NCBI GenBank assembly: GCA_013001285.1
Contig: JABDMU010000052.1
Span: 2,714 to 66,713, forward strand
DNA length: 64,000 nt
Reading direction: 5' to 3'
From: Flavobacteriaceae bacterium
Lineage (GTDB): Bacteria; Bacteroidota; Bacteroidia; Flavobacteriales; Flavobacteriaceae
Numbering within the stretch: position 1 is the stretch's first letter; every line of letters begins with the position of its first letter. The notes beneath the pieces are model-generated. The model ran no database searches and was not told the DNA's origin. It saw nothing but the letters and a program-made list of their open reading frames with translations. Positions 27,052 through 38,500 of this stretch are shown piece after piece. The position numbers were made by a program, and so were the translations under genes.

Positions 27052-28407
27052 ATGAACGTCCACTTTATTGCTATTGGCGGAGCTGCCATGCACAATCTCG
27101 CGATAGCCCTTCATAATAAAGGATATCAGGTCACAGGAAGTGATGATACCATATTTGATCCGTCAAAATCAAGACTAGAGGCTAAAGGCCTATTGCCAGA
27201 CGACTTTGGTTGGTTCCCTGAAAAAATATCTGAACATCTTGATGCCATAGTTTTAGGAATGCATGCTAAAGCAGATAATCCTGAATTGCTTAAGGCACAG
27301 GAATTAAAACTAAAAATATATTCTTATCCCGAGTTTCTATACGAACAAGCTAAAAACAAAACACGTGTTGTAATTGGTGGAAGCCATGGAAAAACTACGA
27401 TTACCTCCATGATCTTACACGTCATGCATTACTTTGATAAGGATGTTGATTATATGGTAGGTGCACAGCTGGAAGGATTTGATGTCATGGTTAAATTAAC
27501 TGAGGACAATGATTTTATGGTTCTTGAGGGGGATGAATATTTAAGCTCTCCTATTGATAGACGTCCAAAATTTCATCTGTACAAGCCTAATATTGCTTTA
27601 TTAAGCGGCATTGCCTGGGATCATATAAATGTGTTCCCAACTTATGACATGTATGTAGACCAGTTCAGCATTTTTGTGGATAGTATTGTAAAAGGTGGGA
27701 GTATTAATTACAATGAAGAAGACCCTGAAGTAAAACGGGTTGTAGAAGCCTCTGAAAATACAATTCGGAAATTGGCCTATCATACACCTGAATATAGCGT
27801 AGAAAACGGACAAACACTTTTAGATACACCAGAGGGTCCACTACCAATAGAAATTTTTGGGAAACACAACCTCAATAATCTTGCTGGCGCCAAATGGATT
27901 TGTCAGCATATGGGAATTGACGAAGATGATTTTTATGAAGCCATTGCTACGTTTAAAGGCGCGAGTAAACGCCTAGAAAAAATAGCAGAAAGCGATTCAA
28001 GTGTGGTTTTTAAAGATTTTGCACATTCACCTAGTAAAGTAGAAGCTACCACTAAAGCTGTTAAAGAACAATATCAAGATAGAACATTAGTTGCCTGCTT
28101 AGAATTACATACCTATAGCAGTTTAAACGCCGAATTTTTAAAAGAATATAAAGGCGCGTTAGATGCCGCAGATATTGCTGTAGTGTTCTATTCACCGCAT
28201 TCTGTGGAGATCAAAAAATTGGAAGCTGTTAGTCATGAACAAATTTCAGAGGCCTTTGAACGCAATGACTTGATCATTTATACAAATCCAGATGATTTTA
28301 AGAAATTCCTATTCGAACAAGATTTCGAGAATAAAGCGCTGTTGCTTATGAGTTCAGGAAATTATGGTGGTTTGAATTTTGATGAGGTTAAATCCCTTAT
28401 TCATTAA
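27052..28407 (+). CDS. mpl: UDP-N-acetylmuramate:L-alanyl-gamma-D-glutamyl-meso-DAP ligase (murein peptide ligase)
   Basis: HFIAIGGAAMHNLAIALHNKGYQVTGSD N-terminus, GSHGKTT P-loop, Mur ligase middle and C-terminal domains. Confidence 0.85.
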   Translation: MNVHFIAIGGAAMHNLAIALHNKGYQVTGSDDTIFDPSKSRLEAKGLLPDDFGWFPEKISEHLDAIVLGMHAKADNPELLKAQELKLKIYSYPEFLYEQAKNKTRVVIGGSHGKTTITSMILHVMHYFDKDVDYMVGAQLEGFDVMVKLTEDNDFMVLEGDEYLSSPIDRRPKFHLYKPNIALLSGIAWDHINVFPTYDMYVDQFSIFVDSIVKGGSINYNEEDPEVKRVVEASENTIRKLAYHTPEYSVENGQTLLDTPEGPLPIEIFGKHNLNNLAGAKWICQHMGIDEDDFYEAIATFKGASKRLEKIAESDSSVVFKDFAHSPSKVEATTKAVKEQYQDRTLVACLELHTYSSLNAEFLKEYKGALDAADIAVVFYSPHSVEIKKLEAVSHEQISEAFERNDLIIYTNPDDFKKFLFEQDFENKALLLMSSGNYGGLNFDEVKSLIH

Positions 28408-29011
28408 ATACCCTTGCTAAAAAAGCTTTAATACTTTGTTGATTGGCTCTAATAAGTTCCTCTTTTGCTAAGCGTGTATCTGTTTTCGTTTTGTCTTGTG
28501 AAAGTTTAAATTTCCCTTCCCAGTTCGTGATCTCAATTTCAAACATTTCAATATAATTCACAAAATGATCCATTCTTGGATTGTCAGGTTCGAGCACATA
28601 TTTGTGATCGGGCTGTTCTAAAAACTCGGTCATTTTTATAAGGGATTCTTTTAGCGCATCCTTGCTTTCAATTGCTTTTACTATGCCTTTTAAATGAACC
28701 TTAATATAATTCCACGTAGGTAATTGTGTCGTTCTATAGACGGAGGGCGAAATATAACATTGTGGACCTTCAAAAATTATTGTAACCTCATTATTGTCTT
28801 TGAGAAGTGGGGTTTGCGGATTATAAATATCGATATGACCAATTAATTTTTGGTCTTCTTCACGATATATTAAAGGTAAATGTGTAATAAAGGGGCTATT
28901 GTCCTTAACTGAAATAACTGTAGCTAATGGATAGTTCTTAATGACTTCGATCATGTGATTTTTATCATGATCTTGATGATAAGGTGGTGGGTATTTCAAG
29001 TTAAATCGCAT
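28397..29011 (-). CDS. PaiB-family FMN-binding negative transcriptional regulator
   Basis: Length about 200 aa, with the LPTWNY and GKFKLSQDK motifs typical of PaiB/split-barrel proteins. Confidence 0.7.
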   Translation of the reverse strand: MRFNLKYPPPYHQDHDKNHMIEVIKNYPLATVISVKDNSPFITHLPLIYREEDQKLIGHIDIYNPQTPLLKDNNEVTIIFEGPQCYISPSVYRTTQLPTWNYIKVHLKGIVKAIESKDALKESLIKMTEFLEQPDHKYVLEPDNPRMDHFVNYIEMFEIEITNWEGKFKLSQDKTKTDTRLAKEELIRANQQSIKAFLARVFNE

Positions 29012-29082
29012 ATGTATCGAAAATATTCTATAAATCCGATATTTTTATTACCTTAGAAAGGTACAATATTTTATGAAATTTT

Positions 29083-29781
29083 ATGGCTGAAAAACCGAAC
29101 TCATTATCCATACGGGACTGGTCAGAAGAAGACCGCCCTAGAGAAAAATTCATCTCAAAAGGCAAGTTGGTTCTAAGTGATGCTGAGCTTTTGGCCATCC
29201 TTATTGGTTCTGGAAACAGGGATGAAAGCGCAGTTGGATTAAGTCAACGAATTCTAGCGTCTGTCAACCATAATCTTACTTCACTTGGCAGATTAAATAT
29301 AGATCAATTAATTGCATTTAAGGGTATTGGTCAGGCCAAAGCAGTGACCATTGCAGCTGCCCTAGAATTAGCCCGTAGAAGACGATCAGAAAAAGACATT
29401 GACTATTCAAAGATTACATCAAGCATTTCTGTTTTTGATATCATGCAGCCTATTATTGGAGAATTGCCACATGAAGAGTTCTGGATATTATACCTCAATA
29501 ATTCAAACAAAGTGCTTCTTAAAGAACTATTGAGCAAAGGTGGTATTACGGGAACTTTAGTTGATGTTCGCTTGGTACTAAAAAGAGCTATTCAAGTAGG
29601 TGCAACAAGTTTAATTTTAGCTCATAACCACCCTTCAGGTACTTTAAAACCTAGTACGGCGGATAAACAAATAACCCAAAAATTAAAGCAGGCATGTCAA
29701 AGTTTAGATATTAAGGTTCTTGATCATTTGATTATTACCGAAAAGGCGTATTTTAGCTTTGCCGATGAGGCCTTACTCTAA
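29083..29781 (+). CDS. radC: RadC-family JAB/MPN domain protein
   Basis: HhH region (FKGIGQAKAVTIAAALEL) and JAMM motif LAHNHPSG. Confidence 0.9.
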   Translation: MAEKPNSLSIRDWSEEDRPREKFISKGKLVLSDAELLAILIGSGNRDESAVGLSQRILASVNHNLTSLGRLNIDQLIAFKGIGQAKAVTIAAALELARRRRSEKDIDYSKITSSISVFDIMQPIIGELPHEEFWILYLNNSNKVLLKELLSKGGITGTLVDVRLVLKRAIQVGATSLILAHNHPSGTLKPSTADKQITQKLKQACQSLDIKVLDHLIITEKAYFSFADEALL

Positions 29782-31083
29782 ATGCTACTAGTCTATTCAC
29801 ATACTATTTCACCACGACTTAAATATGTTTTTAAGCAGATTTGCACACGCATATTAGGTATTCCCGTGAGTTTTACATCGATTATAGAAGAATTTATTTC
29901 ACACGATAGCTTAAAGATGTCGTATACTTTGCAAGCCTTGGGATCAGAATTTTTTGTGAGAAGTCATCCTATTATATTTGATCAAGGCCTATCTGATATC
30001 GATATCACAATTCATCAGTGGGAGCAAACGAAATGCTTTTTTTATAACGGCGAAAAAAGCTCGATCCCCTTTGATATTTTTGCGGCTTCATTTTATTTAC
30101 TGAGCCGATATGAAGAATACTTACCGCACGTTAAAGATGAGTATGGGCGATTTGATGCCAAAGATAGTCTTGCTTTTAAACATGATTTTTTACACCAACC
30201 GGTTGTTGATATTTGGGCCTATAAATTTAAAGATGCACTACTAAAAAAGTTTCCAAATTATTCTGTAACCGATCGAAAGTATACGATCAAACCGGTTATT
30301 GATGTACCGATGGCTTATTACTTCTTGCAAAAAGGCATTATGCGCACAATTGGAGGAACCTTGAATGATATTGTTAAACTTAAATTTAAACGGCTTTCTC
30401 AGCGTTTTCTGGTATTGTTTAAATTTAAGCGAGATCCGTATAATACGTTTAAGTGGATCATAAACAAGCAAAAGCATAGTACACAGAAATTCATGGTGTT
30501 TTTCTTAATCGGTGATTATTCTACCTATGATAAAAACGTGAGTATAAATAAAAAACGATTTGTCTCTTTGATCAAATCGGTCAGTGATTATTGCAATGTG
30601 GGGCTGAAAGCATCTTATTTGGCCTTAAATGATATCAGCATTTTAAAACGTGAGAAAAAATTAATGGAGTCCACCATTAATACAAGTTTGCTAGCATCGC
30701 GGAATTCCTTTTCAAAATTAAATTTACCACATTCATATCGCAATTTAATTGAACTCGAGATCATGGAGGATTATACCATGGGTTATGTTAATGAAAGTGG
30801 ATTTCGAGCTGGGACCTGTACATCATTTTTATTTTATGACATGGATTATGAAATTCAAACACCTCTTTTGGTGAATTCTTTTAATTTAATGGATTTTACA
30901 ATGTTGAAACACAGTTCGCAATTAGATAAAAAGGAATCCTTAATACGAATGATCAAGGAAATTAAAAAAGTGAACGGCACCTTTATTCCTGTCTTTCATA
31001 ATTACTCATTTAGCGATCAGGAACGTTGGAAAGGATTCAAAGAGTTATTTTCAATAACATTAGATTCAGCACATGAAGATTGA
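29782..31083 (+). CDS. Conserved hypothetical protein (resembles Bacteroidota proteins often annotated as polysaccharide-deacetylase family; no catalytic motif verified)
   Basis: Long ORF whose ATG abuts the radC stop. Normal composition. No signal peptide or TM segment. Confidence 0.5.
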   Translation: MLLVYSHTISPRLKYVFKQICTRILGIPVSFTSIIEEFISHDSLKMSYTLQALGSEFFVRSHPIIFDQGLSDIDITIHQWEQTKCFFYNGEKSSIPFDIFAASFYLLSRYEEYLPHVKDEYGRFDAKDSLAFKHDFLHQPVVDIWAYKFKDALLKKFPNYSVTDRKYTIKPVIDVPMAYYFLQKGIMRTIGGTLNDIVKLKFKRLSQRFLVLFKFKRDPYNTFKWIINKQKHSTQKFMVFFLIGDYSTYDKNVSINKKRFVSLIKSVSDYCNVGLKASYLALNDISILKREKKLMESTINTSLLASRNSFSKLNLPHSYRNLIELEIMEDYTMGYVNESGFRAGTCTSFLFYDMDYEIQTPLLVNSFNLMDFTMLKHSSQLDKKESLIRMIKEIKKVNGTFIPVFHNYSFSDQERWKGFKELFSITLDSAHED

Positions 31084-31094
31084 TAATATATCAC

Positions 31095-31763
31095 ATGTTT
31101 TTTTTTGACCTTGATCATACCTTATGGGATTTTGATAAGAACTCTGCACTCACTTTTGAGCGCATTTTTCAAATGAACAAGATCGATATTGATCTCAATG
31201 AGTTTTTAGAGATCTATGTGCCACTAAATCTGGCTTATTGGAAACTCTACAGAGAGAACAAAATTGATAAAGCATCCTTAAGATTCAAGAGATTAGATGA
31301 TGCCTTTAAGCAATTAAAAATAAAGGTTGGTACACGAATGATCTATAAATTATCAATCGACTATATCGATAATTTAAGCCGCTTTAATCATCTTTTTGAT
31401 AATACCATTGAAATCTTAGATTACCTAAAACCCAAATATAAATTACATATCATCACCAACGGATTTAAAGAAGTTCAACACGGTAAATTAAACAATGCCA
31501 ATATCGATCATTATTTCGATACTGTTACCAATTCAGAAATGGTAGGTGTCAAAAAACCGGATCCAAAAATATTTAATCATGCCTTGAATATGGCAAGGGC
31601 AGATGTTCAAAATAGTATTATGATCGGAGACAATTATGAAGCAGATATTTTAGGAGCATTGCAATTAGGGATTGAGGCAATTTGTTTCAATTATCATAAA
31701 GAACGTATAGATGACTCCGTAAAAACCGTTGATAACCTGATCGAAATTAAGCGGTATTTATAG
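31095..31763 (+). CDS. HAD-superfamily hydrolase (YjjG-like nucleotidase type)
   Basis: Motif I FFDLDHTLWDF, motif II ITNG, motif III K-x-PD, motif IV IGDNYEADI. Confidence 0.8.
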   Translation: MFFFDLDHTLWDFDKNSALTFERIFQMNKIDIDLNEFLEIYVPLNLAYWKLYRENKIDKASLRFKRLDDAFKQLKIKVGTRMIYKLSIDYIDNLSRFNHLFDNTIEILDYLKPKYKLHIITNGFKEVQHGKLNNANIDHYFDTVTNSEMVGVKKPDPKIFNHALNMARADVQNSIMIGDNYEADILGALQLGIEAICFNYHKERIDDSVKTVDNLIEIKRYL

Positions 31764-31774
31764 ATATCAAGACT

Positions 31775-31782
31775 TATCTTTG
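31775..31782 (+). promoter_or_regulatory. Bacteroidota -7 promoter box
   Basis: tatctttg lies 27 nt upstream of the ATG at 31810. Confidence 0.35.
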
Positions 31783-31809
31783 TTAATTAAAAAAATGAAA
31801 CCATAGGCC

Positions 31810-32685
31810 ATGAAAAAAATTATAGCTTTCGTATCACTTACATTTTTTACGATTTCATTATGCACTGCCCAATTAAGTGTAAATGATTATAAATATGTCA
31901 TTGTTGAAAAACAGTTTCACTTTCAAAATGAACCTGATGAATATAACTTGAATCAACTCGTAAAACACCTTTTTAGAAAATACGGGTTCAAGGTCATTAT
32001 TGAAGGTGAGCAATTGCCGAGTGATCTTAAATCTAATTATTGTCTTGCACTGACTTCGGAAGTTACAGCCAAAGGTGCATTAAGAACCAAGGCTATTGTG
32101 TTTTTAAGAGATTGCGATAATAATGTTGTTTTTACCTCTAATGAAGGCCTTACCAAAGAAAAAGACTTTGCAAGAGCTTATGATCTTGCCATTCGAAATG
32201 CATTCAATTCGTTTTCAATTTTAAATTATAAGTATGTGCCTAATGAGCGCATAACGTCTCAAGGAAAGGCCGAAGAGGAAACGAAAGCTGTAGAAGAAGC
32301 AAAACAAGAAATACAAGATCTAAAGGCAAAAATTGAAGTACTTGAAGAAAGTAAAAAAACCGAAATCAAGGCAGCTCCAAAAATTGAGAAACAGGAAATT
32401 TCGGTTGAAGTAAAAGAAGAAAAGCCAACAAAACCTACGATCTCTGATATTAAAGAGGAAGTAGCCGAAGCAATTTACTTTAAAGCAGTCGCCAATAAAA
32501 ACGGATTTAATTTGATCAATAGCCAATCGGGAATTACCGATTTCGTTATCATAAAATCGGAGTTAGACGATTTGTTTTTGGTAAAAAACCAAGGCGGAGT
32601 GCTCTATAAAAAAGCTGATACATGGTTACGTGAATATATCAAAGACGACAAGACCGTTGTTGAAACTCTTGATATTCGTTTTTAA
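31810..32685 (+). CDS. Secreted protein of unknown function with a Lys/Glu-rich linker
   Basis: Signal peptide. Two globular ends are separated by a KAEEETKAVEEAKQEIQDLKAKIEVLEESKK... low-complexity coil. Confidence 0.55.
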   Translation: MKKIIAFVSLTFFTISLCTAQLSVNDYKYVIVEKQFHFQNEPDEYNLNQLVKHLFRKYGFKVIIEGEQLPSDLKSNYCLALTSEVTAKGALRTKAIVFLRDCDNNVVFTSNEGLTKEKDFARAYDLAIRNAFNSFSILNYKYVPNERITSQGKAEEETKAVEEAKQEIQDLKAKIEVLEESKKTEIKAAPKIEKQEISVEVKEEKPTKPTISDIKEEVAEAIYFKAVANKNGFNLINSQSGITDFVIIKSELDDLFLVKNQGGVLYKKADTWLREYIKDDKTVVETLDIRF

Positions 32686-33959
32686 TAATTATACTTATCC
32701 TTCCAACGTTTTTTAAGGAATTCACGTAAACTATTTTCTTTCGGATTATTCCCTGGATCATATAATTTAGTGTTCTTTATTTCTTCAGGTAAGAATTCGT
32801 GATCGGCGAAATTGTTCTCATAATTATGGGCGTATTGATAAGCGTCACCATAGCCTAATTCTTTCATCAATTTTGTTGGGGCGTTTCTAATTGACAAAGG
32901 GACACTGAGGTCTCCGGTTTCCTTAACCAGATTTTGAGCTTTGCCAATGGCCTGATATGATGCATTACTTTTTGGAGAGGTGGCTAGATAGGTGGCACAT
33001 TGACTTAAAATAATTCTGGATTCTGGATATCCAATTGTTGAGACCGCTTGAAACGTACTGTTAGCCAATACCAGCGCATTAGGATTGGCATTGCCTATAT
33101 CCTCACTTGCTAAAATTAAAAGTCGACGTGCTATGAATTTCAGGTCTTCACCACCTTCAATCATGCGGGCTAACCAATATACAGCAGCATTGGGATCACT
33201 GCCGCGTATAGATTTAATAAATGCCGAAATGATGTCATAGTGTTGCTCACCTGTTTTATCATAACGTACAGTATTGTTTTGCACCTTATTTAAAACAGAT
33301 TCATTCGTAATAACGATAGCATCAGTTTGGTAGGAGTTCACAATGAGTTCAAAAATATTAAGAAGTTTTCTGGCGTCACCACCCGATAGTCTTAACAAAG
33401 CGTCAGTTTCTTTTAAGCTTATTTTCTTCTTTGATAGGAATTCATCTTCCGAAATCGCTCGTTTCAATAGGGTTTCGAGATCACTTTTATCGAATGCATT
33501 CAAAATATACACCTGACATCGCGACAAAAGTGCAGGAATGACCTCAAAACTTGGGTTTTCGGTTGTAGCCCCAATAAGTGTGATCCAGCCTTTTTCGACA
33601 GCTTGCAATAGCGAATCTTGCTGTGATTTACTAAACCGATGGATCTCATCAATAAAAAGTATGGGATTTTTGGTGGTGAATAAACCGCCACTTTGCTTGG
33701 CTTTTTCAATAACATCACGAACATCTTTAACCCCTGAATTGATAGCACTTAGCGTGTAATATGGACGTTTTGATTCGTTGGCAATAATATGGGCTAATGT
33801 GGTTTTTCCTGTACCTGGAGGTCCCCAAAAGATCATTGACGGGATCAACCCTTGCTTTATATGTTGCGTTAATGCACCATTGTCTCCTATTAAGTGAGAT
33901 TGACTCAGATAGTCCTTTAATGTATTTGGCCGTAATCTTTCGGCTAAAGGCGTGTTCAT
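32682..33959 (-). CDS. rarA: Replication-associated recombination protein A (AAA+ ATPase)
   Basis: LAERLRP...[15 protein letters not shown] Walker A, FIDEIHRF Walker B, and a MgsA C-terminal domain. Confidence 0.92.
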   Translation of the reverse strand: MNTPLAERLRPNTLKDYLSQSHLIGDNGALTQHIKQGLIPSMIFWGPPGTGKTTLAHIIANESKRPYYTLSAINSGVKDVRDVIEKAKQSGGLFTTKNPILFIDEIHRFSKSQQDSLLQAVEKGWITLIGATTENPSFEVIPALLSRCQVYILNAFDKSDLETLLKRAISEDEFLSKKKISLKETDALLRLSGGDARKLLNIFELIVNSYQTDAIVITNESVLNKVQNNTVRYDKTGEQHYDIISAFIKSIRGSDPNAAVYWLARMIEGGEDLKFIARRLLILASEDIGNANPNALVLANSTFQAVSTIGYPESRIILSQCATYLATSPKSNASYQAIGKAQNLVKETGDLSVPLSIRNAPTKLMKELGYGDAYQYAHNYENNFADHEFLPEEIKNTKLYDPGNNPKENSLREFLKKRWKDKYNY

Positions 33960-33987
33960 GTTGTAAAATTAAAGTTTTTAGAAGAAC

Positions 33988-34794
33988 ATGACTGACAATT
34001 TATCACAATTTGAAAGAATGGTGAACTATTTGTTATATTCAAGCTCTATGCAACAAGAACCTTTCAAATTTTCAACCGGAGTAATAGGCTATCCTGTCCT
34101 GTTCGTCCTTATTATCTGGATCATATTCTGGTTTGAAGTGCGTTTTGGTTTCGATTTTAATTATCTCGGTGTTTATCCTAGAACATTTACTGGATTAAGA
34201 GGCATCATTTTTAGTCCGTTTATTCATAGTGATATGGAGCATCTGTATCATAATACCATTCCACTTTTTGTCTTATCAGCAGCCTTATTCTATTTTTATC
34301 ATAAAATAGCTTGGAAGGTCCTTTTATATGGTATTCTACTTTCTGGTTTTTTAACCTGGTGTATTGGAAGACCGGCAAATCATATAGGCGCAAGCGGATT
34401 GATTTATGTGCTGATGAGTTTCACCTTGTTCAAAGGTGTTTTTTCGAAGCACTTGCGCTTAATTGCCTTATCACTTGTGGTTATTTTTCTTTACGGAAGT
34501 ATGATCTGGTATGTGTTCCCAATTAAGGAACAAATGTCTTGGGAAGGGCATTTATCAGGATTGATCGTTGGCTTTTTATTTGCTTTGTTCTTTAGAAAGT
34601 CTATAGCCCAACCAACAAAGTATGCATGGGAGCAAGACGACTATAATGAAGAAGATGATCCTTTTTTGAAACACTTTGATGCCGATGGGAACTTCATTGA
34701 GCATCTTCCAGAAGAAGAAAGTGAGCCTTCAATAGCAGAGGAGGAGGAACCACGCCGAATACGCTATCACTATAAGCGCCGATCTAATGATTAA
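33988..34794 (+). CDS. Rhomboid-family intramembrane serine protease
   Basis: Multi-TM protein with HxxxN-like HLYHN, catalytic GASGLIY, and a downstream His in WEGHLSG. Confidence 0.8.
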   Translation: MTDNLSQFERMVNYLLYSSSMQQEPFKFSTGVIGYPVLFVLIIWIIFWFEVRFGFDFNYLGVYPRTFTGLRGIIFSPFIHSDMEHLYHNTIPLFVLSAALFYFYHKIAWKVLLYGILLSGFLTWCIGRPANHIGASGLIYVLMSFTLFKGVFSKHLRLIALSLVVIFLYGSMIWYVFPIKEQMSWEGHLSGLIVGFLFALFFRKSIAQPTKYAWEQDDYNEEDDPFLKHFDADGNFIEHLPEEESEPSIAEEEEPRRIRYHYKRRSND

Positions 34795-35525
34795 CGACGT
34801 TGTCTTATCACCTCATATAAAAATGCACCACAGGCCACAGAAACATTAAGTGAGCCAATATCACCTTTCATTGGTAATTTGGCCTTAGCGTCAACTAATT
34901 TTAAGATAGAAGGTGATATGCCTTTACCTTCTGACCCCATAATTACTGCACATGGTTCTTTAAAGGAAACGTCATAAAGTGTATCCTCAGATTTTTCAGT
35001 TGCTGCAATTACTTTAATTCCGGATGCTTGTAAATGGAACATGGCATCTTTAATATGATCTACTTTACAAATAGGAACTTTAAAAACCGCTCCAGCACTT
35101 GTTTTAACGGTATCGCCATTAATAGGAGCTCCGCCTTTTTTCTGAATAATTATGCCATGAACACCTGTACATTCAGCAGTTCTAATTATTGCGCCGAAAT
35201 TTCGAACATCACTTATTTGATCTAATAGCAGAAACAGGGGAGTGCTTCCTGATTCAATAACTTCCAAGACCAAATTATCAAGATCATGAAATTCGATTGG
35301 GGAAATCTGAGCAACAACGCCTTGATGATTTTTGTTGGTAAGCCTATTTAACTTTTCTATAGGTACATAGGAGGTGTTGATCCCTTCTTTTCGAAGTAAA
35401 CTTTCCAACTCATGAAACAACTCCCCTCGAAGTCCTTTTTGAACAAAAACTTTATCAATTGTTTTACCTGAATTAATGGCTTCGATCACTGTTCTTAAAC
35501 CAAAAATTTTGGAACTATTTTCCAT
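34791..35525 (-). CDS. rlmB: SpoU/TrmH-class 23S rRNA 2'-O-methyltransferase (RlmB-like)
   Basis: SpoU substrate-binding N-terminal domain and C-terminal knot motifs (NFGAIIRTA, VIMGSEGKGIS, SLNVSVA). The ORF-track N-terminal extension to 35648 overlaps the upstream gene. Confidence 0.85.
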   Translation of the reverse strand: MENSSKIFGLRTVIEAINSGKTIDKVFVQKGLRGELFHELESLLRKEGINTSYVPIEKLNRLTNKNHQGVVAQISPIEFHDLDNLVLEVIESGSTPLFLLLDQISDVRNFGAIIRTAECTGVHGIIIQKKGGAPINGDTVKTSAGAVFKVPICKVDHIKDAMFHLQASGIKVIAATEKSEDTLYDVSFKEPCAVIMGSEGKGISPSILKLVDAKAKLPMKGDIGSLNVSVACGAFLYEVIRQRR

Positions 35526-35544
35526 ATGAGATCTCTTAAAATTA

Positions 35545-38500
35545 TTAGGGTTGGTTTTCAAAAACCTGCGTTGTACCGTTGTTATGAGCAACCACGATAT
35601 AGGATTTTCCATCAACATTAACCGTTTCCACCGACTTGGCATTGCCATTTAAATAAAAACCGGATGCTTTGGGTTCAACTACAGAATAGCCATCCTTTTG
35701 GTTTGAAACCAATATGAGTCCAAAAGAATTATCCAATCTTGGTGTTTCCACTTCGGTATTGTAGATATTTCCAACGATGACCAGGTCTTCAAACCCATCG
35801 TTATTATAATCAATTGGTGCTGCATCTAAAATAGGCATTGATTGAGCCATAACTGGTAATTTCATTTTTTTAAATGTACCATCTCCGTTATTCACCAAAA
35901 GTAGTGATTGAAATTGATTTGCATCTCGAGTGTATGCCGAGTTTAAGCCTTCACCATAAATGTCTTGTAAACTGGAATTGGCAAATTCGTTAAATGTTGG
36001 AATTTTTTCTGCAATAAATGGCATTTGCTGAGATGAGCACTCTCTTCCTCTGGCTGGAACAAAGACATCATTGTATTTGTAACTTAGTACAAGGTCGTTT
36101 GTACCATTGCCATCAAAATCATCTGCATAAACACGTAACGGTTTAGATGCTGACACCTTAAATTTTATGTTCTTACCAACATTTCCAAGTAAATAATCCT
36201 TGAAACCATCGTTGTTGACATCGGTTTCAGTGACGTTGAACCACCAACCCTTCTCCATATCAAGATCACTTTGTGCAGCAATATTCTCGAAAACACCTTG
36301 ATTATTGATGAATATTCCTATAGCAGTCCATTCGCCAACAACAATAAAATCCTGCCACCCATCATTGTTGAAATCGGTTGCGACCACCTTATTTACAATG
36401 CCAAAATCTTCAAATTCAGGTGCAATTTCACCTGTAACATTCGAAAATACACCATTGTTATTCTGATAAATAATAGAAGGTTCATGAATAGGAAAATGCT
36501 GAGGTTTAATTCTGTTTCCAACGATGATATCGAAATCTCCATCTCTATCATAATCGAATTTTGCAACTGTCTTTCCACTGATAGTATACGCATCGATCTC
36601 TGAGGATTTCGCTTTGCTAAAGTTACCTTTGCCATCATTGATATAAAGTCTATCCTTCAGGTCTTGTGAGCGTTCAATAAATTCACTGCCACCACTAACA
36701 ATATAAAGATCATTATCGCCATCATTTTCGATATCGATAAATAGAGCTTCCATATCTTCATAGGCGGCATCATTAGTAAAAACAGGATTGTTTAAGTTGA
36801 TAAATCCCGAGCCAGATTGAATGAACAATTGTCCGGCTTGGCCTTTTGCACCTCCAATATAAATATCCTGTAAACCATCGCCATTAACATCGCCTTTACT
36901 AATTAATGGCCCTAAGGTAGATTGTTTATAAGGCAATAAACCCTCATTTTGAAAATCGTCAAATTCATTTTCTACATGAGTGAAACTTAAAATCTGATCT
37001 CGGGGTTTTAATTTTGCATTGCTTTCTGTTTCTAATTTTCTACTTAAGCCAGCTTCATTTTCATTTAATGTGATCGTAGCATTTGCTTTGACATTGAGCA
37101 ATTCTTGATATTTTCCTGATGGCCAAAAGACTTTTAAGGTGTCTATTGTATTTGCTTTTCCTAAACCGAAATGAATCGTTTTGTCCACCGCTGATAAATA
37201 GCCACGAACACGATTGGATTCTTTGGTTTTTTTAAGGTTGTCGAAGGAAATTTGGACTTTCGCGAAGTCTTCAGAAGTCCTGCCATTGGTAATTACTTTC
37301 AAATAGTTACCAACATTATTTTCTATAGCGGTATTTTGAAAAAGAAACGCTTCAGAATCCATGTTATTGACAATGATATCAAGATCACCATCATTGTCTA
37401 GATCACTATAAGCGGCACCATTAGAAAAGGATGGTTCGTTCAATTCTGATAAAGCAGTAACATCTTCAAACTGCAGATTACCATTATTTTTAAATAAGAT
37501 ATTCGGGAGTTTTTCTGAAGGTAAACTATTATAAATTTCAGATTTTATTTCTAATGGAACACGTCCTTGATACTGCTGCCTGGCTTTGGCGATTTTGGTT
37601 CTGGAATCGTTATCTAAGGCATATCTTCTATAACCATTGGTAACATAAACATCTTCATTTGCATCAAGATCTGTATCAAATATTAACGCGGCCCAACTCC
37701 AATCGGTTTTTGCCATGCCGGTTAATTGCGCAACATTATGATATTTATTATTTCCCATATTTATCTGCACGGCATTGTACATATATTGATATTGCAGGCC
37801 TAAAGTGTTCGTTAGTAAATTAAAACCGGGAACATTCATAGATGCCATAAGGGTTTTAGAGCGCACATGATCACTGGCTGCCATATCAAGCACAAATATA
37901 TCTTGAAGGTTATCATTGTTAAGGTCAGCTATATCCAGCCCCATCCCATAAAATTCTACTTGACTTGTGTTTGTTTTGATCTGATCTGAAAAAGTGCCAT
38001 CCTGATTATTGATGTACATCATATCAGGTACATAGTAGTCGTTGGCAATATAAATATCCGGCCAATTGTCATTATTGATATCGCTCACACATAATCCTAA
38101 GCCAAAGGTTGCTTTTAGCAAACCGCTTTTTTCGGTGACATCGAAAAATTTTCCATTTCTATTTTCATACAAATGACTTGAGTTTTCCTTTAATATGTTC
38201 TTGTCCTTAAAAATTGAAAAAAACCGACTAGGATCAGTTCCATAATAGTCATTTTCGTTCATAACGATACAGTCAAGGTCACCATCCTTATCATAATCGA
38301 AAAAGGCTGTTTGCGTACTTATGCCTTGATCATCTAAGCCATATTTAGCGCCTTCTTCAGTGAAAGTAAGATCCTTTTGATTGATAAATAGCAAGTTCTT
38401 TCTTTTTGACTTTTCATGTGGTCCTCCTTGAGAAATATAGATATCCATCCAGCCATCTTGATTGACATCAGCGAAAGTGATGCCACTTGACCAATTTTTA

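Noticed and set aside
32260-32480. Lys/Glu-rich stretch in the 291-aa secreted protein, examined as a possible tandem DNA repeat.
   Set aside because: This is compositional bias (KE-rich coil) without a repeating nucleotide unit that I could phase.
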